A DNA stretch of 64,000 nt from Iphione sp. A-MEVVRFRX5. Lineage: Eukaryota. Where the stretch lies: assembly GCA_976226885.1 (NCBI GenBank), contig OZ320315.1, forward strand, positions 58,652,001-58,716,000. The letters are read 5' to 3'. The notes under the pieces are model-generated. The model saw only the letters and a list, made by a program, of their open reading frames with translations. It was not told where the DNA came from and searched no databases. Of this stretch, positions 31,206 to 46,076 are shown one piece after another. Made by a program: the position numbers and the translations under genes. Within the stretch, counting starts at the first letter, position 1; each line of letters starts with the position of its first letter.

Positions 31206-33202
31206 TAGATATCAAAGCATACCCAAAACCACTGATTTATATTTACTTTTAAGTCTCCTGGACAAAAACATCCTGCTGCACGCTGCATAAACTACAAGAG
31301 TGTGCTTGTGAGTGTGTATACATTGTGGAGAAGTGTAAAGAGGGGGGGCAGGTGATAGTAGCATATCGTACCACTTGTGTAATTAAATAGGTTTGGCCCT
31401 GATGCTACAATTGATCCGTCGCCTATAATCTGAGCGGCAGCACTTTGTCACCATCCTGCCGAGAAGACTACCTCAAGGTCACCTAAGGAGGTCAATTTCT
31501 ACCGGCAGTATTGACTGCATTATGCCAGGTGTGTCCGGGCTTGGCTAGTAAACATGCCGGCACATGGAGAGGAGGTGGGGTAAGTAATCTGTCAGCTAGT
31601 GCACGTCTCTATGCTCGTCACATTACTAACACCTGCCTACTATTGAACAAATAAAAGGATATCTTGATGGAATGACGCTAGTGAAACTTCGCTCGAGAGC
31701 TGGTATGACTTATAGAGAGCCCTTATTAAAAAAACGGGTAATTGTCACGTGCATGCCACTTATAACAGAGAAGAGAAACCTAGCAGTCGGGCGAAACACG
31801 AATTTAGAAGCGAGAGACACGGCTCATAAACAAGACTCATTGCATGTTTTAGACCATGGCATCTACTTGCTTGGTATGCCCGTTTTCATTATATCTGAGA
31901 AATTTTGCGCGTAGGGCACATACTATTATAGTGTTCTATTTGATCTCTCCAGGAGAAAATGGAAAGAGCTACTAATTATCATTAATTACAGGAACCATGA
32001 GTTTTTTCCTTTTAATAAAGCACGCTGCTAACACGCAATCCTAATGGAATCGATTTGGTTGAAAGGAAATATTCGTGATAGGTGACCATGTGGAGAAACC
32101 AGGATCATAACGCAAAAGGAGTAAAAGAGAAATATTAGAGAGCCACTCTGTGTTTAGATGCCTGCTCGGCATGCATATCTATCCACAGGAGTCGCTGATG
32201 AAGCGTTTGAATTTCCCATGGGACTTGGAGGGATATGTTTATTCACCGAATACTCTCATCCATGGTCGCCATCGGCACGCCCGTGACAGTCGTCCCCAGC
32301 TGGCAAACGCCGTACGCATGGCCTATGATCCGCACCATAGAAAAATAATGTGCAGTTTTTCATGAGCTGAAACATGAAAAAAGGCTCCCAGACATATGTC
32401 CGATTAAAACGATACATCCCCGTGAGAAATACTGTTTTTGACAATAAGTTCCTGTTTGTCGTCCGTGCGTTACCGAGCAGGTTCCTACCTGGCTGTCAAG
32501 TTTGGTGACTGAGCGGTATACATGTATATTACGCAACTAATATAGAACATCCACATGTAATATAAGTGAGGGATATATAGCAAGTTAGGTGTTGTACATG
32601 ATAAATACAGTCGAATTTCGCTATGCCACCGTGCCTAAAAATGACCAAAACAGCCAAACTAGTTCAGAACGAACGCCTTTGTTAACCTATGAAGTATAAT
32701 ACTACAATGCGGCCAGACTGTAAAGTGACCAAACCGCCTGCAATCACATGTCTTAGAGTCATATCGATACAATATTAATATCACAAAGTAGGCAGAGTTC
32801 TTGACACATAGTGTGATCGCAGAGGTCCTTGCTCAAATTGTTTGCTCAAAAAGCTTTTGAAAGGATTTCCATTGTCTAAGGTGTGCGGACCTATAAAGGT
32901 GTTCTTTGCCAGTGTTAGGCCAGCTTTCCATGCATGTGGGGATTGTCTCCGGAGTCCGGACTGCGTGGCGTGGAAATTAATGATTCTATGACTCTCTACA
33001 TGACTCTTTCCATGCATGCGGGTGTGTGGTGCATGGTGAGTGGTGCAGAGAAGTGCGTGCCCAAAAAACAAACCTGGGCCATAAAATTCTCTGGATACGC
33101 ACACCCATGCACCAGTAGGATACGGAGATGGAGGTTTTCAGCTGGATACACAATGTGTATCACATGGTAGATGTTGTGAATTATTTCCTAATTTGCATAA
33201 AA

Positions 33203-33375
33203 ACCTCCATGAAAAACCACACAATTTCCACCAATATGCTTCAACTTCCATGAAAAACTGCACATTTTCCACCAATATGCTTCAACCTCCATGAAAAACT
33301 GCATACTTTCCACCAATATGCTTCAACCTCCATGAAAAACCACATAATTTCCACAAATATGCTTTGACCTCCATG
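33203..33375 (+). repeat. Minisatellite, 41-bp unit, about 4 copies
   Basis: CCATGAAAAACYRCAYAHTTTCCACCAATATGCTTCAACCT repeated. Confidence 0.9.
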
Positions 33376-33409
33376 CATACATATATACATACATACATGT
33401 ACAATGTAC

Positions 33410-33412
<3 letters not shown>

Positions 33413-33452
<40 letters not shown>
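33413..33452 (+). repeat. (CT)20 microsatellite
   Basis: Direct count. Confidence 0.97.
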
Positions 33453-33456
<4 letters not shown>

Positions 33457-34251
33457 CACGTGTACATGGAAAGCACCCCTCCGGAGAGGTGTGGAAACAT
33501 GGCCCATTTTCTGGACATCCCCGCAGTGCACAGAAATATCTGCATACAAGGAAAGCCAGCCTTAATTGAAATGCTTTCACATTGTATTTCCATTAGATCT
33601 AAGGTTTGACCATTTATGTTTTGAATAAATTCGTGAATGTGTTTCAAAGCCACATATTTATTATTTTATTTCCATTAAGTATGGACTCAGACCACAATGC
33701 GACCACAATCACTATTGCAAACACGTGGGTGAAGCATGGAATGGTGGTTGCATAGTGACATTTGACTGTATTCCCATAGCAGGGGTTAATGATGCATAGC
33801 CAAATTAATTGCTGCTATCGGAATATATAAAGCATTAGCCTTTTCAAACAATACTGTATTTAGAATCAGAGTTGCTATACTGATACTGATCCAACTGAAG
33901 CCGAGCCCCCAAAGGGGCCAGTTATGAATTTAAGAGTGGTAAGGCTCTTTATTGATTGTCCTAATACCGATGCTGTAAAATCCAAAAGTAATCTTGATAA
34001 TTATGTACATATTGTCATAGCTTCTAATTATCAGTAAAAGGTGACAGTCAGACATGAGGTAACCAAACTAGTTACACAAAAGCCGAGCTCAATCATAAGT
34101 AAGATACAGCACTTGATTCTTTCGGTAATTCTCTATTAATCTTTTTTTGTGCTGTCATGTTCATGGTAAGATCTTGTGATGTATGTCACTTAAAAAGTGA
34201 ATAAAGCATTCTTGATTCTTGATTAAAGGTGTATATCTCACTTAAAGCAAG

Positions 34252-34274
34252 GAGAGAGAGAGCGAGAGAGCGCG

Positions 34275-34316
<42 letters not shown>
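34252..34316 (+). repeat. (AG)n microsatellite with a pure (AG)20 at 34277-34316
   Basis: Direct count. Confidence 0.97.
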
Positions 34317-34319
<3 letters not shown>

Positions 34320-37300
34320 ACAGGAGAAGCACAAGAGATTACGATCACCTTCACAGATGGTTACAGGAGACACAGTATATGTTACAATCGCCAATACAGA
34401 GGGTTAAAGGAAACACACTCTTGGTAACAGTCACCTTTACAGGTTCCGGGAGGCAAAACAGGTAATAGACACCTATCCAGATGGTTACAAGAGACAAAAA
34501 ACAGGTAAAAATTACCTATACTGAAGGTTACAAAAGGTATACAACACGTTACAGTCACCTAGACAGAAGATTACTTAGTATATCTAAAAATTCAGAAATA
34601 CCCCTGTAACCATAGTCTCTGTGGCTTGGCGGGATAGACTGCTGGCACCCATATAGGCTATGTACTAGAAAGACAGCTCATGCATCTGACAGATTCAAGT
34701 CCCCCAGCAGGAGATGCAGTGAAAATGGTCAGTAGTTATGCATGGACAGCCATGCAATATGTGACATATTTGCTACAGGCCCCATATAGACACAAAATGA
34801 AAAAACATAGCCATTTTCCTGTAATGTAACACAAATAGGCAACTCATTCTTTTCCACGTCGAAGTAATCGCTCGTCGATAACCACGTAACCTATCATCGG
34901 GCTGGCTATTATGTGTCATTGTCAAATGCTACACTGCACGTTAATTGCTACCACTCTGATTAATGTGCTGGCATCAGTCCTGAAACAAAGGCTACAACAT
35001 ATCAGCAACAGTCCTGTCTGTTTGATTTCACGGGGTCGCGCGTTGGTGGCCGAGAACCAGGCCCGCCTCGGCTAAGGGTCGATTTGTAACAGTTGGCCAT
35101 TGTAGCCCGTATAAGTGATACTGCACCGAGATAATCCGTCCAGTGTTTCCCCCCAAAAAGGTGTCTCGATCTGCTCGCTGCTATTTGGTATAACAGCAGA
35201 GACTTTGCCCCGCTGCAATTTAGCTGCGACACGTGACACAAAGGCTGAAAGTGGACCCAGACGTGCAAAGCGGTAGAGTCAAAAGCCATAAAAGGCATGT
35301 TCAAGGGACTGTGATCAAGAGAAAGTCACGCTTTCTTCCAGTCAATATTAGCTCGACCTTTGCAGGAAAATATTGCATGGGTGAAGAACAGCATCCAATT
35401 TTGAGGTCCCAATAGGAATGACCAATATTCTGAGGATTCCTCCTTCGGAATAAATGTAGCAACTTGAAATACCACTTAGACACTATTTGTCGATACAGTG
35501 ATGTTCCACACGCAAATCGGCCGTGTCGATGATAAGAGAGTTGACGGTCTGTCCTGACCTATATCTACCAACAGAGAGAGATTTGATTCTGAGTGCCGAA
35601 AGGAATTAGTGAGCTTCATCGAAACACCAGTGTATTGTCAACATTTCAATCAATAGAAGAATGGCCAGTGTGCACCGTTATCTGTTTCTCTTTAGTCGAG
35701 TGCCTTCGTGTCCGCCATACCACTCCCCAGAAGCTAGGAGATGCATCTACACGGCCATCAGAGGAAGCCTAATTGGCCTCGACTACTGTAAGGCAGATTT
35801 CGAATGGCTAGAAAGTGCACTAAACAGTCAATAGCTGAATTTGCCATCAGTGATGACGATCTAATACTCGCACATGCGTTCACGTCGGTTATGAGTAAGT
35901 TGTCTGATTTGGGAAGGTAGAAGTCTGGACTATGGATGGGGATGGTTAACATTGATCTTTCCACGCGACGGCGAACGCCATGACATTAGCCACTGATGGC
36001 TAGCGGAAGGATACAGACCTAAATGTAGATATCGTCTATTTGAAATATCTGTGCAGCGGTGGCAAATATAAACAGTCATATTTTTAGCTTTCATTGTCTT
36101 CGGTGAGGAATCGATCACTACATGCTATGCTATCGCAATACACTGGCACGCTATCATTATGCATAAACGTACGTTTTATCATGGATTAAAAAAGAACTAC
36201 ATGTAGATATTTACATCGGGAGAAAGTTCACATGCACTTGGATTTGCTAGGTAAAAGGATGTGCTATGTAAAGGTGAAGAATTCGAATACAAAGTTGCTC
36301 TTTAAAGTTTCTTATAAAGGCGTACTCGTGTAGAGCTGTGTGTTACATATGTTTCTCATTACAAGAAGCATTTGTCCATTTTTGCTTGATATGTTCGTCT
36401 AGATGGCCAGACGTCTTGGGTGGTCATGTAAGTAGTCTAGGAAAAGGGTCCTCTGTGCTTGGACGTAGCTTCAGCGATCAGTTGTCGAATGGCGTGTGAC
36501 TGCCCAGTATCACATTGTCGATGTCGTTCCACCTTTATATCTCCATTGGTGGGAAGCATGAGCCCGTCAACCACACCTCATGTCTACCACTAATGAAAAT
36601 ATACTGGTGGTCAGCTGCCAAGTTCTAGCCAGATCCGGCGAAGTGAGATGTTTGTTCTAGCTGATGGACGTCATTCGCATATCATCACGTGTCAGCCGTG
36701 TTAACCGAGCAGTAATAAGCACAAGAAAATAAAGGCATCTATGGTAAATATGATTGATATATAACCGTAATATCAGGTGCCAAGAAAACTGAAAAATTAT
36801 CAACAAAAACACATTAAAACACTCCTCCCACTAAATCTTCGCATGTACATGTATATATATGGCATGGTATTTATCAGAATAAGACCAATTCAGATCGAAA
36901 TCAGCCATGAGGAGTCATATCTCAAGCAATGTTAGCAGAATGTACCCAAAAGGGGACAATTTCCATCCCAGAAACAATATTTCCCCTCCTTCCCCTGCTG
37001 GCACCATTAGCATGGTGCCGACGGGCGACGCCAGGTGAGGTGGCATTTACTCGCGCTTGGACAGAGAAAGGTAATTTGCTGGGCCTCGAGTGAGGCGGCT
37101 GCAGCGAGTTGCTACATTACGTTGAACGCACGATGGGTGGGCGGGTCCACCCATGCCGGCCGCGCTGCGTTGGGCCAAGCGGGTTGGATGGCGGCCTGAT
37201 GAGAGGCTACATTAGCTCTGCTGGCCGCAACATGCTTCGTTACGAAGCCATGTTGACTCAGGCCACCCTGGCTGCCCCATCCCGACGGCGGCCCTATTTA

Positions 37301-40300
37301 AACAGCGCCACCTGGCCACGCCACTGGAGTGAGGTTAATCACAGGTGCACCCGCTGCCGGAAGTGCTTCAACAGCCAGAAAAGGGAAGCGACATGCAGTG
37401 CGATGAAAGAAACGCGAAGAATGGCGTTTTCTCCTGTTTTTAATACTTCTGAAAGTTGAGGCATAGCTGAAGGGCACCCTTCCTTCGTGCGTCGTCTTTA
37501 CAATACATGTATTAAGCCCACGTGGCATGAATAATTTCTCAAGGGCCATACTATCGACTACCGTACAAAGAGGACACTTTGGAAGGTGGTTGCCAAAAGG
37601 CGTCGTTCATGTGGGCCATTTCTGCCGGTAGGCCGCCTCAAATTGATCACCGTTTAAGTGGGAGTGCATATTAGGTTATCGGCAGGAGAGGTCTTACGTG
37701 CACAGGAGTAACCCACCGCATCCACTCGCCTTGCACCGTGTTAGTCTGATCAGGATTCTCACGCAGTTGCCGCTCATATCGCCAAATCTGACCGGATGCT
37801 CAAGCTGGCGGGTCATCCGTTAAAGCCATCTTCAGATGCATAACTGCACTCAAAATTACATTGCAGGTGCTTTGGCCGTGTGCTGCAGTTCCGCCAACGT
37901 CAGCCCAAAGTGACGGTTCTCATCAACTGATGGGCGTGCCAGTAAACGATTAAACTCTAAATTAATTATCAGCCAAACATTCCCTATCAGTCTCATTATA
38001 TATTTTATCTTCCTAAAATACCGTTAAAGGGTAACAAGTGTTAAGCCTATACCTCAGGATACCAATAGTTCTTGTCTCTGTTCCTCTACCTCTTGTCTCT
38101 AGCCTCTCCCTTTTGCTCTCTGTTTTCCTTTCCCTTTAGTCTACATCGACCATACGCACATCAAAAGGTACGGTATTATGCCAGTGGCAAAATAGGCATT
38201 CGTAATGTGTACCTAGGTAGCTCTCTCTATATAGGCAACCTTGCTGCTACTCCCTGTTTTCTCTTCTTATAGAGCACCAATTTTCCGAATGGATTAAGCA
38301 CGTTGGAGACCCCACTAATCTGTGCCCTAGACGGGAGTTATGACACAGTCGGCTGGAGACCAGATCCCGCGTCCAATTCCAGACAGTCTTCCAATAAACA
38401 GTGGAGATAGACCTTGCAGATAGACAACCCCCGTCACGATGACAGGCCCGGCGGCTATGAGCGGGCAGTTTGTTCAGCAGAAAAGACGTCTAGAAGACAC
38501 ACTTCCTATCTTTAAGTTGCCCAAACACCAAACAAAATATAACAAGGAGAGTCAGGGAGATAGAAGAGCCATAAAGAAAATGAAATAGTAAGGAGAAAGA
38601 CAGAACATGAAGATGTCTTACATCAGTAACATACATCAAGCAATTTTTATCACTTAAATCAATTGCATCTACAAGTTCCTCTGACCCAATATATTTAGTA
38701 TGAATCGCTGTTTTTGTTTCCTTAGCTGTAGTGTGAGGATCATTCTGTGCCTTTGCCTCCCATATTTCTCGTAGCGTGCAAGTACAAATGTATTCATTAC
38801 ACATGGAATATGTCCGGTCCGTATCATTTCGATATCATAGCGTTTACACGTATTGTGCAGGTGTCAAAATCTACCTACCGTTCCATCCTTCTAAATTAAA
38901 CAATCAGCGTTGTTGGCATAGGCTTAGACTATTGTTGTTAGAAAAGTTTGGAAAAATTAAGGAAAACGCCCTTTTATCCCAACTAACATTCTTCTATCAG
39001 TTCATTTATATTTAAAATTTATGTAGCTAACCAGATAAATCTGCATGCATAGGAAAGAAGGTACTTGGAGGGTTTCTAAAACAGGAAACTTCCTAATCGA
39101 TAGATAAAACAGCTTTCTGTCTGTGGTTTCATCAACTCAGAACAGAGGCATGTAGTTCAGCCAGGTGGAGGCACCATGCTCTCCCCCTCTTTTCTATTCG
39201 GCCTCCTGTCTGATGTTTTCCCGTCGCACTTACAGAAGTGGACCCTTCAGCCATCGTCTGATCCTCCTCACTACGAAGGTGTGGGGTGCCGTGCGGGGGG
39301 GGGGGTGCAAAATGAGGAGACGGAGCCATAGGCGAGGGAGAGAAAGTACAGCGAGAACGAGAAGGCCTTCACCGACTGACGCCTGTCTTCTATAAGGAAC
39401 GAGTGGCTCCTTATTAAATTTTCAGCCCACCACGGTGCTGAGGGAAGGTTTCTATGGGCGTGATGGCGTGTCTTCGATGCACGTATGACTCAATTCATGG
39501 TGATTAGCACTAGTTTTACGCTCAAGGTGACCTTCGGGTGTTCTGTTGGTAGGCGCTACGTTAACTAGTAGTACATGTGCGTTGTTCTAACACGCGTTAT
39601 TTAGGTGTTGCCGTGGATGACATTCCGCCCACACCCTCATCAGAACAAAGCGTTTGCACCATTTTGTAGCTGACAATTAACGGAGAGTCTCAATGAATGT
39701 AAACACATGAAACAGAATACGTGTACTTACCGACCAGCACCAATGCATTTAGCAAGGATTGTGTAGCTCCTCTGCAATATGTTAGAACATGAACTTCTCT
39801 CACCAGGTAAGGCTGGGTTCGTTCTATTCCCTTCCTGAACGTAGGTGATGTATAAGGACATAACATGGTCGCCGTACATAATACACCTCGTTGGTTGTAG
39901 AGCGTAATTAATGTCAACCGTTCGTTATGAGTTGTTGACTTCTCTACTCGACGCTAGGGGGTGGTCCCTCGGGCGTCCCGAACAATCAGGGCTAAACTCT
40001 GAAGTTGTCCTCACACGTATGGACGCAAATCCTTCAGGTGATAATTTGGAGGCTTTTGTCCAGAACGTTCGCTCGCCACACGGGACAATATTAAATGGGA
40101 AATTAAGACGTAACTTACTCATATGTTCATTCAAGCAAGATTCTCTACGGCACTGTAATTAGTGAAGTATTAGTAAAAGTGCCAGCTGATGGCTCCCCTA
40201 AAGAGCTTGATTAGCTACATACTCATTTGAAGGTGCTTAACCCAATCATTAGCTTGATGTTTCGTAAGTTAGGAAACAGCAAAATACAGGACTGATGTGT

Positions 40301-43300
40301 AATACCCCTATTCCATGCGTTTTCTACGGGAAGTAACATTTCAATTCGTTGGTCTGAAATATTTTTCATTACGATACTTATACTGCCAGTTAGGTTTGAT
40401 ATCTCGTTAAACATTTTTTCATATGACCATGCACAGCCTCGAGTTACAAAGGCCTCCTGATCCATTACTGCAAAAGGGGAAGTACAGTGGTGTCGGCAAC
40501 ACACAGGTAGCACTGAACATGCCCAGACACATTGAAGATTTCTTTCGATATTTTTCATTAGAAGCACGGTGAATGTAATATTGTGCCTGTTTTATGCAAG
40601 TACCATGTAGTTTGCGCTTTTTTGGATGAGAGCTTGCAGTGTGTTAATGGCCTGGCCTCTCATCTTTTGAACTCTCGCTGCTTTTCATGCAGCACACGCT
40701 GCCTGAACATTCCCATGGTCTTGGGCTTCCGTTGGCTTCAAAATTTTAAGGTGTTCTACACATCATGCGCAATTAGCTAAGCGAAATCCGCTGACTAAAA
40801 AGTCAAATACATGACTCAAATTCCCATTCATCTTTCTTTCCCTTGTGTTCCACGAGTCACATTCTACCAGTCTCGCTTCGTAGATATGCCGGCAAAACAC
40901 ATCCACATTCAGGTTTTTTTACAGAAGCAGCAGCAGTGACTTTTTACTCTTGGGAGTGGGATGCCTATATCAAATTGTCTGCTGGATTCGCTGGCCCAAA
41001 TGAACTTTTGTAGTATCGTAAATTCTCGTCGCTTGACATGTGACTTCAGCGGAGCCATAATGCTATCCCCTCGCCGGCCGTTTGGCTAAGACGGGCCCTC
41101 AAGTCGTGCAGACAACCTATGGAAACTGTGCTTTGGGATAGAGAATAAATGACCAGCCATGATAGAGCAGCAGCGCTTGTGACAACGCTCCGGGCCGATT
41201 GTGCTATGGGATTAGGGCAGGGAGTGGCGGGGCTTGGACGCCGGCACTGTCCCCTGCTAATCCCGGTCAGCTTAGCCCTGCATACAGGCGAGAGCCGGCG
41301 ACAGATAGCCGCTCCGTCTTCCCATATGCCACCCTAAGCCTGCCTAAGCACGCCTCGGGCAAGCTGCCACAGCATTACCTCCCGCCCCTGCTCCACTGCT
41401 CTTACCCATGGTTGACCCGTTCAGCAGTAAATGTCTCCAGCTTCTTACAATGATGCGGGAAATCAATTTCGTTTACAGGAAAACCCCACACAGAAAGTTC
41501 TCTTTCTCCTGCTGAAAAAGAAACGATCTATTTTGTGTATCACCAAACACTGCTGTCCGTTACCATGACGCTTCTGCTACTTATGATTAACGTAGAAGAC
41601 CCTGAATAAACTGCTACTTTTGAGAGTTCATTGTCCTTTTTGCGATAGGTCCCCTCAAGGCTATTGCGAAGCATTGGCCCAAAACAGGTTCTCATAAACT
41701 TCGACTCGGGATTGTCAGCCAACTCCTTTTTAAAATAAATTCAAGAAAAAACGTTCGGTTGATTTCCTTCCAAAATTTATCCAAGGAATCAGATAACCGC
41801 TATTTATCTGGGGTGTCTGTGTCAGTCCGAGTGGCTGACTGGAAAGTGGCCAAACGTCTGTAGCAGTGTAGACGAGACAGGGTGAGAACATCGGCCGCAC
41901 ACGCGGTTTGCATGTCGTCGACTCAGTCCGCTATAGGGAAAAAAGTAACGGAAGCCCTGGGTGTTCGTATGTCTATAGAAACCACCTCCATTAAAGAAAG
42001 CATATACCTATATCTAAAACGACGGAACAGTCATGTTCACTGCTACCCTGAACTTTTGAGCCACTCGTTAAAGCCCATGATCTGATTCCATCGAGGTGTA
42101 AATTCAATAGTTAGAAACTAGCAGAGTTTGTCGAGGACAACGCTAGGCATGGCGAGGCGAAAAAAGCGTTTTGTGTTGAATGGAAGTTTCTTTGTAATAC
42201 CACGGAAGATACATACAGGTGCGATCGCTTGTAACTCGAGAGCCAAGAACCTTATGTGGCGTCCGCAGTACAGAAATCGATTGCACCTCTGTTCCCTTCG
42301 CGGAAAGACTGTTAACGTTCGGTAGCAGAGAATACTTTCAGTGTACTAGGTTGCACCTCACCGCATTTTTTTTTTGTTTAAAAGGGCGCTTGTCGACTAT
42401 ATATTGAAAATTTATCTGTTCTAAAATGAAAACCGTTTTATGACAAAAAACAACAAAAACAGGCATTCTACGCAGCAAGTTAGCTGTGTGAAGTTACAAC
42501 CATACCACAATGCATCTAACCTCCTTGTCAATCAATTGTTTGTGGTTGGTGGGCTGCAAGATCACTTTATCGGTGGTAGATGAAATACAGACTGAACTCC
42601 CATTAGTGTGTGGGCATCGGGGAGAGTCGTGTGGTGGGTGGGGGTGGGCGGGGCGAGAGAGCTCAAAGGATCATCGATCATGTATCGATGCCGTCTATAA
42701 ATCCATGCGACATCCATCTTTCCGTTGACTATTTTAGTCACCAGAAGGACTTTGATGTTGCGAAGGGGCGGGTGTCGGTTGTATAGGAGAGGGTGTTGCA
42801 ATGGGGGTAGGGGCTGGGGTGGCTTCGTACAGAGAGTTATTGGGGGTAGGCCTGTGGTGCGGCAACGTAGCAATGTCCTTACAGGCACACACCTAGCTTT
42901 ATTCAAGCTTCAAGTCTGGGGCTGGGTTGGGGGAGGCAGGGAGTCTTCATCTCAACCACAAAGAGCAAGCAGACTTTTGTGGCGATGCTTCTGAATCTTT
43001 TGGTGAATTGAACAATTGCAAACTGTATTGGCTCTTTCAAAATTTATGAAGCATACCCTGCATTCAAACTCATTAAAGTCATCTGTTTCATCAGGTGCAG
43101 TTGCATTCGAATGTTCAATATAAACACCAATATACCTGCATATCACAATGTTTTCTATGGTAATTAGATAGACTGGGCACATCTTTTATGTGATCACTTG
43201 ATTTTTTTCCTAATACATGTATGTCTTTCTCTCACAATAGGAATTCAGCAAGTAACTTGCAGGTTTCACGAAGAATGGAGTGGATAGATGCCACTTTTAA

Positions 43301-46076
43301 GGTATGGTGGACACTGGCACACTAATGGTCAGGATTTAAACGAATCTAACACTGTCCGATTGCTTCTTTGTTAGCTAAGATCAAGACATCGGTATTGTTC
43401 ATCGTTACTTTTCGATTTCGTGTAATTTCCTGTCAGATTACATGTAATAAAATAGTATAAAACGAAAATATTAGTATCAAGCACGTATGCCACTGGTGGA
43501 CAGCACTGAACTCTGAATTTTGATGGATATGGAAAATGTACTTTCAAAACCTATCCTAAGTAGCAGGAGACATTAAGGAAGCATAAAGCATACCCCTTAG
43601 TCACTACCAGCACAGGCACCTATCCTCGTCTGAAACTTCGGAAAGCCCTAGCCATCAAACGAGATCATATAGAGGAGCACAGAGGGCCCAAGATGAAATC
43701 AATTATTCATCGTTGGTGACAGCCTGGGTCAGCAAGGGGAGCTCGCCGCCCAGACGATGGGCCGACTTATCATTCGCCGCCAGGTCCCGCTGATCGCCTT
43801 GCTGAACGGGACGATCGGACATTGCCGATCCACCTTAATGAAGCCAGGGACTGGCTCTGCTTCAGGCCAGTTCTGCAAGAAGGATTTCTTGAGCGCTGGA
43901 AGAAAAATTGGCAGGAATAATGTCTTCGCTCACACTGAAAATAGTGAAGGATGCGTCGAGGGGAGGAACTTTAAATAATCTCTGTTGAAAGAGTTTTACA
44001 ATGCGTGTTGTTTAGCCCATTGAGGCCTGGACTGTATATGAGATAATGTCAATACAGGGCAAGGGTATCTAACTAAACAGCCTCCTAGAGGGCGAGGATA
44101 TTATATAATGATACTATTCCAATATACATATAACGTACATAAAAGATTATGAATTTCTGTCTTTTTCAGGGGAAATCAGATCATTATCAGTGCTTAAAAT
44201 TCTTCCTTTATGGTAAAAGTTACGAAAACTCCAGAAATCCTAAAAGCATATACCTTGATCCGGTGCCTCAAGGCATCATTCGCCCTTTACATAGGAATGC
44301 TTTCAGGCATCATCAGGTTTTAGCCTGGGAATGCCTTCAGGTATCATCCGCCCTTATAGGGCTAAAGGCCGTATTAATCATTGGACTCCATTATGCTGGA
44401 AATATATTGCATAATAGTAATGATCATGCGTTCATATATTTGATACCAAACAAACATAACATATCTATCTTTAAGACATGTCGAAAATGATAGCCATCTC
44501 ACTTCCTGTGACGCAATGCCCGTATTGGTATTTTCTAGACGGGCAATATAGAGACATTGCACAGAAGCGGGCACACGAGACATTAGAATGAAACAGAGAA
44601 ATATCCCTCATTGCAAGAGACCCATGTAGACTTCTGCTTTTAAATCTATGACTTTGATTCGAAAATGATGTCAAAAGAAGTCGGCATAATATAAATATGA
44701 GCCCCGGCATTCCCTGACTATTAAACCTATAAAAGAGAACAGTGTACATAGAAAGTAAAGAACTTGGCATTTCAGGGCTGCGCTTTTGCTTGCGAACTAT
44801 TTCCTGTAGTGAATATTTGATGATGCCGTGCGATAGCAGTTCAGTAAGCCCTGTTAAAATAGGTTGGACTGTAGGTGGGACAAACTGGGCACGGTTCAAG
44901 CGTGCTTAAGAACATATAGCCTTGCCCTGTTGGGCTGATGCCATCCGCTGCAGGTGTGTCTATGGGTGAAAGGGAGGTAGGCGGTGTCTGTGCAATCCAT
45001 CCAGGTGTGCCGAGAGCGCAACAAACCTGTGGTTCACCTTTCATCAGCCGCCCTTTCATCCGTCACACAAAGACCGAAGCCAAATAAATTCATTGCCATG
45101 TTCCAAATCAAACTTCCAGTCCCCTGTTGCGGGAATAACACCGCTTGGATACTTGTATGTTGTGAACTTGGCGTTCCGTACAAATATTCCACATGTACAG
45201 GTGAGTTAGTCTACCACAGAAGTGTACATGTACACTTATTCGAGCTCAATTGTTTAATCAATTTCATCACAGGTGAGATACTTGGAAACAGTGCACAACG
45301 GACGCATCTGGTGCAGAACATAGCTTCATTTAGTAAAAGTTCACGTATTCCCTTTGTAGGCAAAACACCGCTTCACTCGAGCTGACGTTGTCGGGGCATC
45401 ATTAATAAATGTTAGCCAATTAACGCTGACGTCAGAGATCGGAGTGCATTGTATATCCGCCAGCCAAGTCCAAGGCATGCCCTCCGTCCTCACCATGCCA
45501 TGTAGCCACACATTAGGTTTACACAGTGATGAAAATATTATTTGTACTTTGTTCAAAGAGTTGTCACCCAAAAGCTCTAGTAACTGTTAAAAGTTTTGGC
45601 AGATTCGCATGTGACAGCAGTTGGCTCATTTATACTGAAACATCCTACAGGCTATCCTTATCCGTAGAAAGTTGTCAGAAAAGAAACCATTCCTGGGTGT
45701 TGGCATTATAGATTGGTTCTCTGGCAATCACTGAAGGGATTCATCCACCGATTATAATTATCCATCTCCTCCACTGACCAGGTGCCACAACCGAATGAAC
45801 CGAAACACGATGTCTAATCACTAGTGGCCGATTTCTCATTCAGTGACAGACTGACTGAGGGCGTCTGCAAGGTGCCTATCTTGTGAGATGTGTTGACCAT
45901 TCCACCATCTTATCAGTTGGGGTGAGCCTGCTATCTTGGTGATATAGAGATGGTTTATTCATTGTCATCTAGGGATAGATAAGATCTGGAATCCTGAGAT
46001 AGGGTCAGAGGAGTCTTGGGACTAGTATTGACCACATATTTCCACAAAATTCTGCCATTTATTATCATTTCCCCAT

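Noticed and set aside
35002-36118. Fragments faintly like LINE RT or APE (QLNCSGAKSLLL...DYLG; LLITDVNA)
   Set aside because: Too degenerate and not in a convincing collinear order.
39234-39254. Possible first coding exon ATG GCT GAA GGG TCC ACT TCT|GTAAGT (MAEGSTS) on the minus strand
   Set aside because: Only 21 nt; such matches arise by chance and no downstream exon could be linked.
45005-45200. Plus-strand candidate exon ending CAG|GTGAGT
   Set aside because: The translation is unrecognisable and the opposite strand looks at least as protein-like.
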